Positions 61,230-64,000 of a stretch of DNA of 64,000 nt are shown in pieces (within the stretch, counting starts at the first letter, position 1; the number at the start of each line of letters is the position of its first letter). Source of the stretch: Squalus acanthias (taxonomy: Eukaryota). Both the position numbers and the translations under genes were made by a program. The notes beneath the pieces were generated by a model that worked only from the letters and a program-made list of their open reading frames with translations, searched no databases and was not told the origin of the DNA. The stretch lies in NCBI GenBank assembly GCA_030390025.1, contig CM059432.1, positions 102,798,001 through 102,862,000 of the forward strand, written 5' to 3'.

Positions 61230-62797
61230 GGCCACGATTTTCCGAGTGGAGGTGGGTAGGAGGCGGCTTTGATGTTCGGCGGGTTCTGGTCCCGCTGCCG
61301 GTTTCAGTCGCCCTGAAATTACGATTTTTGCTTAAGTGGGCTGATTAAGCCCGTCGTGCGTGTTACCTGGCCCAACCAGTGGGTTCAGGTCTGCTGCTCG
61401 TCTCTGCTGACGTCTTTCAGCCAGCTGCATTTAAGGGGCCCATGCAGCCTTGTTTTTGATCAATCCTATTCTGCTGCTTTTCGGTGTGGCACATCTGAAA
61501 ATGACTGCTTCAAGACCAAAGGCATCTCCCAGATTTGATGATGACTCCTTCCATGCTCTTGTGGAGGGAGTGAGAGGGCGCCAGGAGGTACTGTTCCCCT
61601 CAAACGGATGGAGGAAACCTCCTCAGCAAACCAAAGTAGCCTGGCTGCAAATTGCTGAGGAGGTGAGCGCCAGGCCTTTGTGTGCACGCACCTGGGTTCA
61701 GAGCAGGAAAAGGTTCAATGATCTGCTGCACTCAGCAAAAGTGAGTATAACATCACACTTACCTTCAATCTGCTCCCCATCTCCTCTCATCACCAGCACT
61801 CTGCATTGTCAACCTACTCCTGCACATCCCACTTTACCCTTACATCCTTTGCACCCTTAACCATCCCTCTCTCTATATATACAGAATCACTTCACTATTC
61901 TACTATGCAGCCCTCACACTCGCTATCATTGTTCTGCAATGGCAACAACTAACAACGCACAGGGAGGGCCCTTGGTATTGGCACCTCACTCCATCTTTGT
62001 CTCCCTCTAAGCATCTATGCGATGGATTCTCTACACTCACTCCAACATTCTCACTCAAACTCCACTTGTGTCCCTCATTGCAGGAAAAGAGAGCCCACAA
62101 TAAGAGGGAGAGGGGGAGGACAGGAGGAGGGCCATCTTCGATTGCCCACTTGACCACCACTGAGGAGGCTACTCTTGACATCGTCGGAGGTGCTGAGGAT
62201 CTGGAAGTGGGGGACGGAGAGACGGGCGCAGTAGAGCAAGCTGGTGACAGAATAGATATGCTATTGTATATATGTCAGTTGAGGAATAGATGTTATAAGC
62301 TCTCAGGCAATGTGGGGAGAGGGTTTTCCAAGGAGGTCACAGTGCATATGGATCTCAGCTTAACCACTTACAAGCTCAATAGACCTGCTAAAAGTGTTCC
62401 AACACCTCAAAAATCAAAGTTCTGTCATCTGAAAGTCAGCCATGTTACAGGTCCGCTTTTATGCTGCAGGTGCAGCTGTCAAGAATTCAGGTACTTGCTG
62501 AACCCGACACAATCAGCTGGCGTGTTTTGCGAACGGCGTGGAACATGCTGAAAATCTCCTAAAATGGGAAGAGCCTCCTAAAATCGGATTATGTAGGCAG
62601 TTAACAAGCTGTTAACTGCCTTAAGTGCCTCTCTTGCCTCTTGGTGGCGGGCCTGATCGGGACTCCAAGAGCCGACACTTGGCAAAGTTGCGTGGAGGCG
62701 GGTTGACAGTGGATTCGGAACCTGCCATCAATCAACACGAATTTAACCTCTGACCCGCCTCCAAATCCACCCTCTGAGCGCTGGCAAAATCGCAGCC
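61230..62797 (+). mobile_element. transposase-less Harbinger H7 carrying Myb exons 1-2
   Basis: TIR GGCCACGATTTT / AAAATCGCAGCC; TSD TTA (61227-61229 / 62798-62800). Confidence 0.9.
61501..62243 (+). CDS. Myb/SANT-like (NAIF1/MSANTD-type) DNA-binding domain, two exons with an open spliced frame; expression unknown
   Basis: Exon 1 61501-61740 MTASRPKASPRFDDDSFHALVEGV...AWLQIAEEV...RKRFNDLLHSAK|GTGAGT; acceptor TTGCAG; exon 2 62084-62243 EKRAHNKRERGRTGGG...; no stop or frameshift. Exon 3 is absent. Confidence 0.6.
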
Positions 62798-63395
62798 TTA
62801 AGGTGCTGTGAACAGTTCTGGTCTCCATATTATAAAAAGGATATAGAGGCACTGGAGAAGGTGTAAAAAGGATTCATAATGATGATACCAGAACTGAGAG
62901 GATATACTTATCAGGAAAGGCTGAACAGGCTGGGGGTCTTTTCTCTAGGAAAGAGAAGGCTGAGGGGTGGCCTAATAGAAGTCTTTAAAATTATGAAGAG
63001 GTCTGATAGGGTAGATGTAGAGAAGATGTTTACACTTGTGGAGGAGACCAAGACCAGGGGCCATAAATATAAGATAGTCACAAATAAATCCAATAGGGAA
63101 TTCAGGGGAAACTTCTTTGCCCAAAATATTGGTAAGACTGTAGAACTCGCTACCACAAGGAGTAGTTGAGGGAAATAGCATAGATGCATTTAAGGAGAAG
63201 CTAGATAAACACATGAAGGAGAAAGGAATAGAAGGTTACGCTGATAGGGTTAGATGAAGTAGGATGGGAGGAGGCTCATGGGGAGCACAAATATCGGAAT
63301 AGACCAGTTTGGTCGAATGTTAGGCTGTACATTCTATGAAACTTGAACTCTCTCCTCTGCTCAGCAGGACTATCTGGAGTAGGGCTTAATCCATA

Positions 63396-64000
63396 GGGGA
63401 AAAAATTCAGTACCTTAGCGCCTCCTGTTAGCACCAGCAGATGGGGGTAACGGGGTGCTGATGCAGTAGCGCCGGGGAGAGGCGAATCCAGCGACGCACG
63501 GCAAATCTGGCCCCCCCCACACCCGTTGCGCCGCTGGTACGAGGTACTGCCGGGGACTTCAACGCCAGACAGATCATGACGTCAGTGAGCGGAATGCTCA
63601 CTGGCCGCCCGATCTGGAAAATTCATTGCCGCCACTTACCTTAGCGCCTCGATCAGACAGTGACAGGGAGAGCTGCTGTGCAGCTCCAGGAAGCTGGCAC
63701 CAGCAACGTTATTTAAAGGCATCAGCATTAATCACTCTCAGCAGGTTAGTTTCAATGGTTTGTTGTCAGTTTCACCGACTAGAACAGTTCCTATGAGTAA
63801 TTTCAAACTTCTTTTGTATCAGCAGTCTTCTAGCAACTAAAATGTAGCTACATTTATTCTTCAAAGATTCAAACTGCTACACTTGGTAACATTAATGGGG
63901 GCTGTACTACCACCTCGCCCTCCAGGATCTACAGCAGAGGGAGCATAGGCAGCGAGAAATACGGGAACATGTGCGCGGAGGGATGAGGAGGGACATCAGG
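63396..64000 (+). mobile_element. left end of Harbinger H8 with transposase start (runs off the window)
   Basis: TIR GGGGAAAAAATTCAGT as in H6; TTATTTAAAGG box; ATGGGGGCTGTACTA (MGAVL) at 63895. Confidence 0.8.

Larger units (their letters stand above)
60985..63338 (+). mobile_element. CR1 3' region interrupted by Harbinger H7
   Basis: ACATTTTGGTAGGAAGAATA...TATAGAACCTTG|H7|GTGAACAGTTCTGGTCTCC...YQERLNRLGVFSL...ATTCTATGA. Confidence 0.85.

Overview
This is eukaryotic, repeat-saturated vertebrate DNA. The repeat repertoire (CR1, L2, RTE, Penelope, DeuSINE and a large PIF/Harbinger radiation) points to a cartilaginous fish, probably a shark; that assignment is inference. I found no convincing intact host gene, rRNA, tRNA gene or CRISPR array, and nearly all ORFs in the track are decayed transposon genes or their antisense shadows. 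Main contents: (i) about eight two-gene Harbinger elements or derivatives (DDE transposase with an acidic tail, convergent with an intron-containing Myb/SANT gene) plus more than ten Harbinger-type MITEs; (ii) CR1, L2 and RTE LINEs, including an RTE with a twin-priming-type 5' inversion; (iii) a Penelope element and Penelope-type termini carrying minimal hammerhead ribozyme motifs, including an inverted pair with one on each strand; (iv) solo LTRs, including a ~1.6 kb family, and a deleted Gypsy-like element; (v) nesting up to five layers deep. The most interesting unexplained signals are the paired hammerheads, a MITE family with covarying hairpins and an interlocked pseudoknot-like helix pair, and a transposase-less Harbinger that keeps an open spliced Myb frame. 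Coordinates were read by eye and are approximate to a few bp unless a TSD is quoted.
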